This document shows, one piece after another, positions 10,071-21,052 of a stretch of 64,000 bases of DNA. The notes under the pieces are model-generated. The model ran no database searches. It had not been told where the DNA came from and was given only the letters and a program-made list of their open reading frames with translations. This DNA comes from an uncultured bacterium (GTDB lineage: Bacteria > Fidelibacterota > UBA2242), in NCBI GenBank assembly GCA_964441235.1, contig CAYTUQ010000002.1:1705-65704 (forward strand). Direction: 5' to 3'. A program made the position numbers and the translations under genes. Each line of letters starts with the position of its first letter. Position 1 is the stretch's first letter.

Positions 10071-10643
10071 GTGGAAATGGATAGAGAAAAAGCATGGAAT
10101 CTTTTATGCAAGTACACAAAAACTGAAAGTTTAAGAAAACATGCTCTTGCTGTCGAAGCAGCTATGCGTTACTATGCCGATTTTTATGGTGAAGATGTTG
10201 AACTTTGGGGGATAACAGGTCTGCTACATGACTTTGACTATGAGAAATATCCCGATGAGAAAAATCACCCTTATCGTGGAAATGAAATTCTTGAAAAGGA
10301 AGGTTATCCAGAAGAAATGCGCCATGCAATAATGGGGCATGCTTCATATACCGGGGTAACGAGAGACTCACTAATGGCAAAAGCGCTTTTCGCTGTTGAT
10401 GAACTTACAGGTTTTATAATTGCTGTTGCATTGGTTCGACCCTCTAAAAGTATCCTTGATGTGAAGCCGAAATCAGTGAAGAAAAAATTTAAGACAAAAG
10501 CTTTTGCGGCTAAAGTGAGTCGAGAAGAAATCAAACAGGGAATTGAGGAACTGGGCGTTGATGAAACCGAACATATTCAGAGAGTTATTGATGCACTCAA
10601 AACTATCGCAGATGATCTCGGTCTTGCAGGAGTAAAGGAATAA
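10071..10643 (+). CDS. HD-domain phosphohydrolase
   Basis: H...HD motif (LLHDFDY) and downstream His/Asp residues (MGHAS). Confidence 0.6.
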   Translation: MEMDREKAWNLLCKYTKTESLRKHALAVEAAMRYYADFYGEDVELWGITGLLHDFDYEKYPDEKNHPYRGNEILEKEGYPEEMRHAIMGHASYTGVTRDSLMAKALFAVDELTGFIIAVALVRPSKSILDVKPKSVKKKFKTKAFAAKVSREEIKQGIEELGVDETEHIQRVIDALKTIADDLGLAGVKE

Positions 10644-10645
10644 TA

Positions 10646-10915
10646 ATGAAAAAATGTAGATATTGCGGACATATTTTAGAAGAAGATGTGCTGCTTTGTC
10701 CTAATTGTGGACGTCGAATATATTTAAAGCGGTTTTACAGGTCCAGGAATGACAGGAAATTTTTAGGTATCTGCGGCGGGCTTGGAGAATATTTTGGAAT
10801 TGATTCAAACTTAATTCGTGTTATTGTCGCTTTAATTATTCTATGGACGGGAGTGTTACCCGGTTTTATTGTTTACTTTATACTTGGTGTCATAATTCCT
10901 TATTCAGATGAGTGA
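10646..10915 (+). CDS. PspC-domain membrane protein with N-terminal zinc ribbon
   Basis: CRYCGH...CPNCG ribbon. PspC motif 'RSRNDRKFLGICGGLGEYFGID...IRV' followed by a TM helix. Confidence 0.6.
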   Translation: MKKCRYCGHILEEDVLLCPNCGRRIYLKRFYRSRNDRKFLGICGGLGEYFGIDSNLIRVIVALIILWTGVLPGFIVYFILGVIIPYSDE

Positions 10916-11520
10916 AGTATCCCGGCATATTCTCAATATCACCCTAAACAGTATTGAATATTGAATAATGAACAGGGAATAATGAATTTTGAAGTTTTTT
11001 AAAATTAAAAGTTGTATTCTGAATGATTTGCTCTTCTTTATTCGACGTTCGTTGTTCGATATTCATCATTCAAAAGCACATTTATAAAAATTTGTGCCAC
11101 TTCGACTTCGCTCGGAGACCCGTCTGTCGTCAGGGCATTCTTTGTGCCTCGTATACTAAAAGTGGTCTTATTCATGGGTAGAAGAGATTTTAAAAATCTG
11201 TATCTTATTCTCTTTGATTATTACTTCTTATTTAAGAACAAGTTGAAAATCCCAAGTTGTCGGGGGATCAACGATTTTAAATTTTAGATGTTATCCATTC
11301 TCCCTCCTGCTCACTTACTCACTTGACTTTTAGTATAGTATCTCGTGGCTAATAACATCTCAAATATATATTGTTAAAATCGTAAATTTTAAGTAATATT
11401 CAGAGCATTGAAAATTGATTTTCATCTCATGATAAAAACTATCAGAAGGGTTTGGATGAATTAAATTATTTAATCAGCCAATACTCTGAATAGATAAAAA
11501 GATTTTATTGGAAGACTGTT

Positions 11521-14040
11521 TTGACTAAAAATATTCACTCTATCAATTATGATAGAGAGATTTTGCCTTTTGTGGAAAAGCCCGGTCGTTATGTAGGGCA
11601 TGAATTTAATATACAGCATAAAGACCTTTCAAAGGTAAAAGCATCTATTGTGCTTGGCTATCCTGACCTGTACGATGTCGGCATGTCTTATCATGGATTT
11701 CAGATACTTTATCATATTCTAAACAAAGACCGAGAAATAGCTGGAGAGCGTGTTTATGCTCCATGGCCGGATTTTGAAAAGCAACTCAGAAAGCATTCTG
11801 TTCCTTTATACAGCCTTGAGTCTTATACTTCTCTTCGCCAATTTGATATAGTAGGATTTACACTTCCTTATGAACTTACATTTACGAATATTCTGAATAT
11901 GCTGGATCTTTCCGGGATCCCGATATGGTCATACCAGCGGAAAGTAGATGATCCTTTTGTCATTGCAGGTGGGGTTGGGGCTTATAATCCGGAACCATTA
12001 GCTCCTTTTATTGACTTCTTCGTTATTGGAGATGCTGAGGAGGTAATAGTATCAATAGTGAAATTTGTTGCTGATAAACGAAGAAAAAAAGTGCCGCGCA
12101 TTGAGATTCTTAAAGAGCTGACTTACAGATTTCCCGGTATATACGTTCCTGCTCTTTATGAAATTGATATGGAAGAAAAGGACCTATTAAATCCAGCTCA
12201 TCCAATATTTGAGTATGTTCCTGAAAAAGTGAAATCTCTTAGAGTTTCAAAGCTTTTACCTGATTTTTACCCGGATTTTCCTATCATGCCGCTTGTTGAA
12301 ATTGTGCAGGATCGTCTGGTGATTGAGATTATGCGTGGATGTACACAAGGATGTAGGTTTTGCCAGGCAGGTATGATCTATAGACCTGTTAGGGAGCGAC
12401 CTTATAAAGACCTCGTAGACCAAATTCAGAAATCACTACCGAAAACTGGTTATAACGATATATCTTTGCTTTCTCTTTCTACATCAGATTATACAGGATT
12501 AGATAATCTTGCTAGCAAAGTTTTAGATAATTTGATTGCTCAGCATATATCAATTTCTCTCCCATCCCTTCGGCTTGATAGTTTTACTGAGAGAATAACA
12601 AAGTTGGCTAAGCAGACACGGAAGTCAGGATTAACATTTGCTCCTGAAGCTGGATCCTCAAGACTCAGGCATGTTATTAATAAAAATGTTACAGATGAGG
12701 ATTTGTTACAATCTACAGAAATAGCATTGCGGAATGGTTGGAGATTAATAAAACTCTACTATATGTTAGGTCTTCCAACAGAGACTGAAGCTGACATTGA
12801 TGCTGTTATTGAGCTTTCAGGAAAGGTTCTTCAAATTGGAAAGGGGAGACTTTCTCTCAATGTAACGCTTTCGACATTTATTCCTAAGCCGTTTACTCCC
12901 TTTCAATGGGAAGAACAAGATTCTGTGGAAAAGATCCAGAACAAACTGGACTTTGTAAAACCTGAACTCAGGTCGCTAAGAAAAATAAAAGTGATGGCTC
13001 GTGATCCTATATGCTCACAAATAGAAGGCGTGATTTCAAGGGGCGATAGAAGAATAGCAAATGTAATATTTGAGGCATGGAAACATGGTGCAAAGTTCGA
13101 TTCCTGGCATAAATATTTTTCAGCTGAAGTCTGGGACACTGCTTTTAAGAAAGCTGGCGTTGATTCTCAAAAATACATATCAGAAAGAAAAGAGGATAAA
13201 GCCTTATCATGGGATATTATAGACCCTTTAATAAGTAAAAAGTATCTTCTTAGTGAACGAGAAAAATCATATATGGGTGAGATAACACCTGACTGCCGCA
13301 ATGGATGTACCGGATGCGGTGTTTGTAAACCTAACATTTTGGATATGATAATTGTTGGCGGTAATAAGGGGACAACATCTGATAATCTTATTGAGAAAAA
13401 TGATAAAGAGGTTGAACCTGTAAAATACCGCCTGAAATATCGAAAAGGAAAGGAGATGAAATTTACATCACAGCTCGATATACTTCGAATATTTCAACAA
13501 GCTTTTAGGAGAGCTAAATTGAACCTTATCTATTCCCAGGGGTTTAATAAAAGGCCAAAGATTTCTACGGGTTTTTCACTACCTCTTGGATACACTTCAG
13601 AGGAAGAATATATCGAAATAACCTTAAAGAATAGAGTTCCTGAGCTATGTGAATGTATTAATGATAATCTTCCTAATGGTTTAAAAGTTATCAATTCTTT
13701 AGAAATACCATTAAAATCTCCTGCAATCTCCAGTTTAACTAATGGAATAGATTATGAAGTGACTTTTTATGCTGAATTGCCGCGAAATATTGATGATGCC
13801 ATAAATAATTTGTTGTTTAAGAAAGAACTTGCTATCAGCAGGAAGCGAGGTGAAGAAACAAAGCGAATTGATATTCGTAAATATATCAGTTCTATTTCAA
13901 GAAAAGATCGAAAATTACTTGTAAAAGTAAATGTAGAAGATGGGAAAACTGTAAGAATAATTGAGATACTTAAGAAATTAAATATAGAGAAATTTCCCAC
14001 TCAGGTACATAGATTAAAAACATATTTAAAAGAGTTATAA
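11521..14040 (+). CDS. radical SAM protein (TIGR03960-type B12-binding/rSAM) fused to DUF2344 (TIGR03936-like)
   Basis: CTQGCRFCQAG in the CxxxCxxC context. The N-terminal region is typical of the rng-associated rSAM family and the C-terminal ~250 aa are DUF2344-like. It lies directly upstream of rng. Start codon is TTG. Confidence 0.65.
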   Translation: MTKNIHSINYDREILPFVEKPGRYVGHEFNIQHKDLSKVKASIVLGYPDLYDVGMSYHGFQILYHILNKDREIAGERVYAPWPDFEKQLRKHSVPLYSLESYTSLRQFDIVGFTLPYELTFTNILNMLDLSGIPIWSYQRKVDDPFVIAGGVGAYNPEPLAPFIDFFVIGDAEEVIVSIVKFVADKRRKKVPRIEILKELTYRFPGIYVPALYEIDMEEKDLLNPAHPIFEYVPEKVKSLRVSKLLPDFYPDFPIMPLVEIVQDRLVIEIMRGCTQGCRFCQAGMIYRPVRERPYKDLVDQIQKSLPKTGYNDISLLSLSTSDYTGLDNLASKVLDNLIAQHISISLPSLRLDSFTERITKLAKQTRKSGLTFAPEAGSSRLRHVINKNVTDEDLLQSTEIALRNGWRLIKLYYMLGLPTETEADIDAVIELSGKVLQIGKGRLSLNVTLSTFIPKPFTPFQWEEQDSVEKIQNKLDFVKPELRSLRKIKVMARDPICSQIEGVISRGDRRIANVIFEAWKHGAKFDSWHKYFSAEVWDTAFKKAGVDSQKYISERKEDKALSWDIIDPLISKKYLLSEREKSYMGEITPDCRNGCTGCGVCKPNILDMIIVGGNKGTTSDNLIEKNDKEVEPVKYRLKYRKGKEMKFTSQLDILRIFQQAFRRAKLNLIYSQGFNKRPKISTGFSLPLGYTSEEEYIEITLKNRVPELCECINDNLPNGLKVINSLEIPLKSPAISSLTNGIDYEVTFYAELPRNIDDAINNLLFKKELAISRKRGEETKRIDIRKYISSISRKDRKLLVKVNVEDGKTVRIIEILKKLNIEKFPTQVHRLKTYLKEL

Positions 14041-14062
14041 AAGATTTTAACAGGATTTTACA

Positions 14063-15616
14063 ATGGACAAGACAATACTTATTAGTGAAACATCAAAAGA
14101 GACAAGAATAGCCATTCTTGAAAATGAAGATTTAGTAGAATTCTTTGTTGAGAAACCGGGAAGAACAAGAATGGTTGGCAATATTTACAAAGGAAAAGTT
14201 GAAAATGTTGTGCAGGGAATTCAAGCTGCTTTTATTGATATTGGTGATACTCAGAATGCATTTCTCCCTTTTTCGGAGATAGGTGACCCAACATCGGTTA
14301 CTACGATGATGGAAAGTATAAGTCATGATGATGAAGAGGACAGAGAAGAAAAGAAAGGTCTAAAACCTCGCAGACGTAGAGTTCCTCAAACTGGAGAAAT
14401 TAATCTAATAAAAGGACAGGATGTACTTGTACAGGTGATTAAAGAACCTTTCGGTACAAAAGGAGCTAGAGTTACAACTGATATCTCTATTCCCGGAAGA
14501 TTTCTTGTACTTGTTCCAGATGTTGATTTTATCGGAATTTCAAAAAAGATATATAACGTCTCTGAAAAAAAGCGTCTGAGAAGGATTGCGGATTCAATAA
14601 GACCTAAAAATTTTGGTCTGATCATAAGAACAATTACTAAGGGGAAAGATAAAAAAACACTAAATGCTGAACTTCAAAATTTGATGAAAATATGGCACGG
14701 CATAGAGGAGAATGTAAAAGAAAAAACCGCACCAATTTGTGTTTATAGCGATATGGAAATGGCAGCATCTGTTATTCGTGACCTGCTTACTCCAGATGTA
14801 AATAAAATCATTGTTGATACTAAGTATCTGTATAAAAATTTACATGCATATATTAAGTCAGTATCACCAGAATTTATTGATAAACTAAAATATTACCATT
14901 CGAGAAATCCTCTTTTTGAGCAAAATAATATTGAAAAGGAATTTGAAAAATCCCTTGATAAAAAAGTCTGGCTGAAAAGTGGTGGATTTATCGTAATTGA
15001 ACATACTGAAGCAATGGCTACAATTGATGTAAATAGTGGAAAATTTATAGGGAAAAAAGACCACGAAAAGAATTCATTAAAGATTGATCTCCAGGCAGCA
15101 AAAGAGATCGCCAGGCAGCTCAGACTTCGCGATATCGGTGGATTGATTGTAATTGATTTTATTGATATGGAAGAGGAGGAAAATAAAAAGAAAATATATC
15201 AGGAACTTGAACGTGAATTGAAAAAAGATAGAGCAAAAGTATCTTTGTCCCCAATTTCGGAATTTGGTCTACTCGAAATGACACGGCAGAGAGTTCGCGT
15301 AAATCTATTATATACTGTAAGTGAGGAGTGTCCAACATGTCATGGCTCAGGTCGAATTACTTCAAAAGAGTCTTTAGTAACTAAAATTGAAAGCTGGTTT
15401 AGACGCTTTAAAGTAAAGTCTAAAGAAAGAAGGTTGCATTTGCATGTTCAACCCGAAATTGCAGAGTATCTTAGAAAATCAACCGGGAACCTACTTAAAA
15501 GAATACAGTTGATAAATTTACTCCGGATAAAAATTTACGAAGATTCTTCAGTAAATATTAATGAGTTTAGAGTGTTTTCTGTAAAAACAGGAAAAGATAT
15601 TACTGATGAATATTAG
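14063..15616 (+). CDS. rng: ribonuclease G/E family (Rne/Rng)
   Basis: N-terminal S1 domain, RNase E/G catalytic core and a CPTCHGSG zinc-link. Confidence 0.8.
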   Translation: MDKTILISETSKETRIAILENEDLVEFFVEKPGRTRMVGNIYKGKVENVVQGIQAAFIDIGDTQNAFLPFSEIGDPTSVTTMMESISHDDEEDREEKKGLKPRRRRVPQTGEINLIKGQDVLVQVIKEPFGTKGARVTTDISIPGRFLVLVPDVDFIGISKKIYNVSEKKRLRRIADSIRPKNFGLIIRTITKGKDKKTLNAELQNLMKIWHGIEENVKEKTAPICVYSDMEMAASVIRDLLTPDVNKIIVDTKYLYKNLHAYIKSVSPEFIDKLKYYHSRNPLFEQNNIEKEFEKSLDKKVWLKSGGFIVIEHTEAMATIDVNSGKFIGKKDHEKNSLKIDLQAAKEIARQLRLRDIGGLIVIDFIDMEEEENKKKIYQELERELKKDRAKVSLSPISEFGLLEMTRQRVRVNLLYTVSEECPTCHGSGRITSKESLVTKIESWFRRFKVKSKERRLHLHVQPEIAEYLRKSTGNLLKRIQLINLLRIKIYEDSSVNINEFRVFSVKTGKDITDEY

Positions 15617-15683
15617 ACTTGACAAATCTCAATGGAATACATAAATTCACCAGCTTTTTTAAAGAGGAAAGTAAGAGAGTCTT

Positions 15684-16118
15684 ATGGAAAAAATGAATTA
15701 CGCTATCGCAGAAATTGCAGGTCAACAGGTTATTTTAGAGCCCGGGAAAAAGGTTTCGGTACCGAAGATTGATGTTGAAGAGGGAACTAAATATACTGCG
15801 GACAAAATTCTTTATATTCGACAGGATGGAAAAGTAAAAATTGGGAAACCTTATGTCAGAGGTGTCTCTGTCGAAACTGTTGTTAAAAAGCACAAACGAG
15901 CAGATAAGATAATTGTATTTAAAAAGAAACGTAGAAAAGGATACAAAGTAAAACGTGGACATCGTCAACCTTTCTGTGTACTTGAAGTAGGTGAGTTCAA
16001 AACAGGGGCAAAAAAAAAGCAGACAAAAAAGGCGGTTTCAAAAGTAAAGCCTAAGCCCGAAGAAGCACAAGTCGAGAAATTAAATGAGAATATAGGAGCT
16101 GATAAAAATGGCACATAA
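15684..16118 (+). CDS. rplU: 50S ribosomal protein L21 with Lys-rich C-terminal extension
   Basis: [12 protein letters not shown]...[15 protein letters not shown] matches L21. About 40 extra Lys-rich residues overlap the rpmA start. Confidence 0.85.
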   Translation: MEKMNYAIAEIAGQQVILEPGKKVSVPKIDVEEGTKYTADKILYIRQDGKVKIGKPYVRGVSVETVVKKHKRADKIIVFKKKRRKGYKVKRGHRQPFCVLEVGEFKTGAKKKQTKKAVSKVKPKPEEAQVEKLNENIGADKNGT

Positions 16119-16359
16119 AAAAGGTGTTGGAAGTTCAAGAAACGGTCGAGATAGCAATGCTCAGAGGTTAGGTATAAAACGATTCGGTGGACAAAATGTT
16201 ACCGCTGGCTCTATCATAGTCCGTCAACGAGGCACAAGAATCCACCCCGGAGATAATGTCGGTGTTGGTGGTGATTACACACTTTTTGCTCTTATTGATG
16301 GTACAGTAAAGTTTGGAAGAAAAGGACGTGACAGGAAAATAGTCAGTATTGTAGCTTAA
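16108..16359 (+). CDS. rpmA: 50S ribosomal protein L27
   Basis: [28 protein letters not shown]... is the canonical L27 N-terminus. Confidence 0.9.
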   Translation: MAHKKGVGSSRNGRDSNAQRLGIKRFGGQNVTAGSIIVRQRGTRIHPGDNVGVGGDYTLFALIDGTVKFGRKGRDRKIVSIVA

Positions 16360-16365
16360 ATACAT

Positions 16366-16426
16366 CCCGCAATTTCAGTAAAGGGTTCCTCCCACTTACC
16401 CTTATATTTTGCGGGATTTTTATATT
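16366..16426 (+). terminator. putative intrinsic terminator after rpmA
   Basis: The inverted repeat atcccgcaa...ttgcgggat is followed by a T-run (tttttat). The loop is unusually long. Confidence 0.35.
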
Positions 16427-16478
16427 CTTAGCAAATGCAATAATCCCTGGAGGATTCTTTACATGATGAATCGGGATC

Positions 16479-16543
16479 GTCTCTAAGAGACCTCTGTCCC
16501 AAAGGGATCTCTTCGAGACGAGGCAATGACAGCTAATTCAGAC
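16479..16543. repeat. 65-bp GC-rich hairpin repeat (copy A)
   Basis: Near-identical (1 mismatch) inverted copy at 26747-26812. Contains the near-palindromes gtctctaagagac and tctcttcgagac. Confidence 0.6.
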
Positions 16544-16738
16544 TTTTTATCTCATGGAGATCCCATTGGGACGAATTCATCAATTTTGTTTCAAAAACAT
16601 AATTTGCAATTTAGACTATTCCATATACTATGTTCAAAAAAAGAAGTATTAACAATCATTATTAGTGAATCTTTTGCAAAATTAATATAGTCTAAAATTT
16701 ACCTTTCGAAAGTACCCTCTTTTACTCTCGACTTTCGC

Positions 16739-18025
16739 TTACCCCTTTAAATCCTTATTTATTTCACCAGCCTTTTCTAAACCAATTTTAGTCAATATAG
16801 GACCGATAATCTCAAAGAAAATACAGGTTGCGGTAACAATAGTTATTACTATTGCACCAAGTTTATCTCCTGAAGTAATATTAGTGCCATTAACAACTTC
16901 TACAATTTTGCCAAGCCCTTTGAATTCATGCTTAACAATTAGAGCTAAACCAATAGCAACACCTGCCTGAGATAAAATCCCCAACCCAAGATATTTTCTT
17001 ATTTTATCTTCAGCCTTACCAACTATTGCACCTATTTTTGCACCTGCGATGAGCCCACCTGAACGAGTTAAAACATATACAATTCCTAAAATCCCAAGTG
17101 AAGGTAGAACATTTAAATGAAGATTAGCTCCCGCCAAGGTGAAAAACAAAATAAATAACAAAGGCATAACAAGTGGTAATCTATCATGTATTTTTTGAAG
17201 TAATGAATGAGACTGGGTATTGACAACTATCATTCCAAATACCATATTTGTAAGAATGAGAGAAAGATGAAAAACTGTACAAATCCCATTTGAAGCAAGA
17301 ATAAATCCAAATATTAAAATTAAAATATCCCCGGCATTCTGCAACTTCCTTGTCAATAAAGAAAATATTGTTGCTATGATTCCACCAAGTAAAAAACTAA
17401 ATATAATTTCTTTGAATGGATAAAGCATCATTGACCAGAAATTCTCAGAAACCGCACCGGTTTCCCGCAAAAGAACAGCGCGGACAATAGCCGCAGCAAA
17501 TCCAAAAATAATTATCCCCAAACCGTCATCAAAGCCAACTACGGCATAAAGCGCTTTAGTTAAGCTCCCTTTTGCTTTATATTCCTGTATCACGGCAACC
17601 GTACCAGCCGGAGCGCTTGCAGGAGCAATTGCAGCAAAAATTAATGCAAGTGGTAAATTGCGAGTCAGTAAATATAATCCTGAAAATACCAATATAAATG
17701 CTCCAAAGGACTCAGCAAAAATAATGTAAATGATACTAATACCTAATTTTTTTAATGAAGAAAATTTAAGTTCCAGTCCAATACTAAATGCAACAAAACC
17801 TAAAGCTATTTCAGTAATAAATGATAACTGCTCCTGCAGTCCGTCGCTCATTATGTTTAAAATTGATGGACCTAAAATAACACCCAAAAGCATATAACCT
17901 ATTATTGATGGCAATTTTATAAACTTCATATTACGGCCAAAGTAAAATCCGAATATAATCGTAAGCCCAATCAATAATATTATCGGCATCGTAAAGTCAT
18001 TTAAATAGTTTATTAACCCCTCCAT
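16739..18025 (-). CDS. monovalent cation:proton antiporter (CPA2/Kef-like) membrane protein
   Basis: About 12 TM helices, Gly-rich helix pairs and no soluble domain. Confidence 0.55.
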   Translation of the reverse strand: MEGLINYLNDFTMPIILLIGLTIIFGFYFGRNMKFIKLPSIIGYMLLGVILGPSILNIMSDGLQEQLSFITEIALGFVAFSIGLELKFSSLKKLGISIIYIIFAESFGAFILVFSGLYLLTRNLPLALIFAAIAPASAPAGTVAVIQEYKAKGSLTKALYAVVGFDDGLGIIIFGFAAAIVRAVLLRETGAVSENFWSMMLYPFKEIIFSFLLGGIIATIFSLLTRKLQNAGDILILIFGFILASNGICTVFHLSLILTNMVFGMIVVNTQSHSLLQKIHDRLPLVMPLLFILFFTLAGANLHLNVLPSLGILGIVYVLTRSGGLIAGAKIGAIVGKAEDKIRKYLGLGILSQAGVAIGLALIVKHEFKGLGKIVEVVNGTNITSGDKLGAIVITIVTATCIFFEIIGPILTKIGLEKAGEINKDLKG

Positions 18026-18038
18026 TCCAGACCTTTAT

Positions 18039-18851
18039 TTAAATGTTAAGTGAGCCATTGAAATAAAAAACATCGTGTACTAAAACCAAAATGCCTGATT
18101 TTTCCTCTAAGTCCTCAATAACCATATTGATTCTTCTCAATACTTCATTTGAAAGGGATTTTTTTACTCCGGCAATTATTACTCTGCTGAAACCCTTATC
18201 TTTATCGCTCCAAAAACTTGAAAAAAGAGGTAGCGAATAAAGATACTTACTTGCATCATTGGCTTCAATAACAGTAACTGAACATTCATCGGTCTCGGTA
18301 AATATTTCAAGTATGTCATTAAATTTTTCTTCCAGTTGAATAACCACATAAAACAGACTATACTCCTTTGTTTCTTTAACTTCTTCCTCGATAACTGTAT
18401 GACGTAAAAAACTTTCACGAACAACTGAAGGACTTTTCCCTGATAACATTTCATTCACCTTTTCCGGATCGCGTAAGACACTGGAGATTTTAGATAATAA
18501 CCGTATGTGCTCGTTTCTCCTATCATTCGGCACAACAATAAAAACAAACAGTTCTGTTTTTTTTCTATCTAATGATTCGAAATCTACACCGTCAGGAACT
18601 GTTATAATGCCTATTACAAAATCAGATATTCCGTCTAAAGCACAATGTGGAATAGCAATATAATTACCAAATCCAGTTGAGCCTAATTTCTCTCGATCCT
18701 GTAATCCTTGTAAAATTTCATCTTCACTTTTATTGTCAAGTATGGAATTCCTTTTGGATAATTTCGCAATTTCTTTCAAAACTGAAATCTTATCAGAAGG
18801 TTTAAAATCGACTCGAATACATTCTTCGTGTAAAATTTCATATAAATTCAT
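18039..18851 (-). CDS. PTS EIIA type-2 (PtsN-like) domain regulatory protein
   Basis: The N-terminal 150 aa match the EIIA-2 fold with its conserved His context (...NYIAIPHCALDGI...). Co-oriented, just upstream of the antiporter. Confidence 0.5.
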   Translation of the reverse strand: MNLYEILHEECIRVDFKPSDKISVLKEIAKLSKRNSILDNKSEDEILQGLQDREKLGSTGFGNYIAIPHCALDGISDFVIGIITVPDGVDFESLDRKKTELFVFIVVPNDRRNEHIRLLSKISSVLRDPEKVNEMLSGKSPSVVRESFLRHTVIEEEVKETKEYSLFYVVIQLEEKFNDILEIFTETDECSVTVIEANDASKYLYSLPLFSSFWSDKDKGFSRVIIAGVKKSLSNEVLRRINMVIEDLEEKSGILVLVHDVFYFNGSLNI

Positions 18852-19261
18852 AACCTACCCCCAATGAAAAAAGGTTCATTAATAATAGTACTTATTGCAA
18901 AATACATTATAATCGTAATTATTTAGAAAAAATAACCCTATATTTACAAATCGAGTAATAATGAAAAGTAACAAACAGTAAAAGCAAAAAATAGGGCATT
19001 AACAACAAGCAATAGAAATTTACCATATTATTGGCAAAGAATTCAAGATACTTTGTTTTGCGAATGACAATGATAATCTAAGAAATTTACAGAAAAACGA
19101 AATCAATCATAGTTTATTTCACTATCAATTGTATCACTGGATTTTTTATATGTAGGCAGACCCAATTCATTGTTTTGATAATAAAAATATGTGTTTAATT
19201 TTAACCGGATTCTTTGAATGGATGATAAATAAAATTAAAATCGAGGTAAAGGCATAAAAAT

Positions 19262-21019
19262 ATGTTAAAAAGAACAGTAACGTGCGGTGAATTAAGAAGA
19301 GAAAATTCAGGACAAACCGTTGTTTTAAACGGCTGGGTAAACCGCAAACGGGATCACGGCGGACTGAGTTTTATAGATTTGCGTGATAGATATGGGCTAA
19401 CACAAATTGTCTTCGGTCCCGAAATGGGAGAAAAACTTCTAAATAAGGCGAAGAAGTTAGGTGCTGAAGATGTTGTAGCTGTTAGAGGAGTTGTAAGGAT
19501 TCGCCCTCAAGCCTCCCCAAATCGTGAAATGTCCACAGGTGAAATTGAAGTTCTCGCACAAGAGTTAGAAATTCTGAATAAGGCAAAAACATTGCCCTTC
19601 CTTGTAACTGACCGCTCTACCGGTCTCGAAGACTTGCGACTAAAATATAGATATCTTGATCTGCGTACAAAGGATTTACAACGAACAATTGCAATTAGAC
19701 ATTCTGCCGCTCAAAGTGTACGAAAATATTACATAAAGAACAATTTCTACGAAATCGAAACTCCTTTTTTGATGAAAAGTACTCCCGAAGGAGCAAGGGA
19801 TTATCTTGTACCGAGCAGAATTCACAAAGGCAAATTTTATGCTCTTCCTCAATCTCCGCAGACTTACAAACAACTCTTGATGATCTCAGGATTTGATAAA
19901 TATTTCCAGATTGTCAAATGCTTTCGCGATGAAGACCTCCGTGCTGATAGACAGCCGGAATTCACACAGATTGACGTCGAAATGTCATTTATTGAAGAAG
20001 AAGATGTAATTCAATCTACAGAGTCAATGCTCAGACATGTATTTAAAGAAGTAATCGGAATTGAACTGGTAAATCCCTTCCCGCGCATGACATACGAAAA
20101 GGCAATAGAACTTTACGGCTCTGATAAACCTGATATGAGATTCGGTATGGAAATTCACAAACTAAATAAAATTACCTACAAAACAGATTTTAAAGTCTTC
20201 AAATCTGTAATTGATAATGACGGAGTTGTTGCTGGAGTATGCGTTCCTGGTAGAGCAAAACTTTCCAGAAAAGAAATTGATAAATTAACTGAAAAGGCTC
20301 GGAATCTTGGTGCTAAAGGATTGGCATTTACAAAAGTCACCGAAAATGGCTTAGAGAGTGGAATTGCCAGATTTCTTTCTTCTGCTGATAAAGAAATAAT
20401 ACACGAGTTTAAAGCAGACATCGGTGATTTATTGCTGTTTGTAGCAGACCAAAAGAATATTACATATTCGGCACTTGGAAATCTACGTTTAGAAGTCGCA
20501 AAAAAATTAGATTTAATACCAACGGATACTTTTCAACCGGTTTGGGTGATACGCTTTCCCCTGCTTGAGTGGAGTGAAGAAGAAAAGCGTTATCTTGCAA
20601 CTCACCACCCGTTTACTTCATCAGTTCCTGAAGATACGGAGCTGCTGGATAAAGAACCGGAAAAAGCTCATTCACGCTCTTACGATATTGTAATTAACGG
20701 GCAGGAAATTGGTGGCGGCAGTATTAGAAATCATAACGTAGAGATGCAGGAAAAAATGTTTGAAGTATTGAGAATAAGTAAACAAGAGTCACGCAAAAAG
20801 TTCGGTTTCCTTCTGGATGCTCTGTCTTATGGTGCTCCACCCCATGGCGGAATAGCTCTCGGATTTGACCGACTTGTAATGATTTTAGCGGGAGTTGATA
20901 ATATCAGGGAGGTAATAGCCTTCCCAAAAACAACAAGCGCTTCATCTTTAATGGACGGCTGCCCTACAGATGTGGATGAGCAGCAGTTAAAAGAATTAGG
21001 AATTGCAATAAAACAGTGA
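19262..21019 (+). CDS. aspS: aspartate--tRNA ligase
   Basis: Class II aaRS motifs, an N-terminal OB anticodon-binding domain, a GAD insertion and the QSPQ/FRDEDLRADRQPEF signature. Confidence 0.9.
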   Translation: MLKRTVTCGELRRENSGQTVVLNGWVNRKRDHGGLSFIDLRDRYGLTQIVFGPEMGEKLLNKAKKLGAEDVVAVRGVVRIRPQASPNREMSTGEIEVLAQELEILNKAKTLPFLVTDRSTGLEDLRLKYRYLDLRTKDLQRTIAIRHSAAQSVRKYYIKNNFYEIETPFLMKSTPEGARDYLVPSRIHKGKFYALPQSPQTYKQLLMISGFDKYFQIVKCFRDEDLRADRQPEFTQIDVEMSFIEEEDVIQSTESMLRHVFKEVIGIELVNPFPRMTYEKAIELYGSDKPDMRFGMEIHKLNKITYKTDFKVFKSVIDNDGVVAGVCVPGRAKLSRKEIDKLTEKARNLGAKGLAFTKVTENGLESGIARFLSSADKEIIHEFKADIGDLLLFVADQKNITYSALGNLRLEVAKKLDLIPTDTFQPVWVIRFPLLEWSEEEKRYLATHHPFTSSVPEDTELLDKEPEKAHSRSYDIVINGQEIGGGSIRNHNVEMQEKMFEVLRISKQESRKKFGFLLDALSYGAPPHGGIALGFDRLVMILAGVDNIREVIAFPKTTSASSLMDGCPTDVDEQQLKELGIAIKQ

Positions 21020-21052
21020 TTATGAAATCATCTTTATTAAGGATTAAATATA

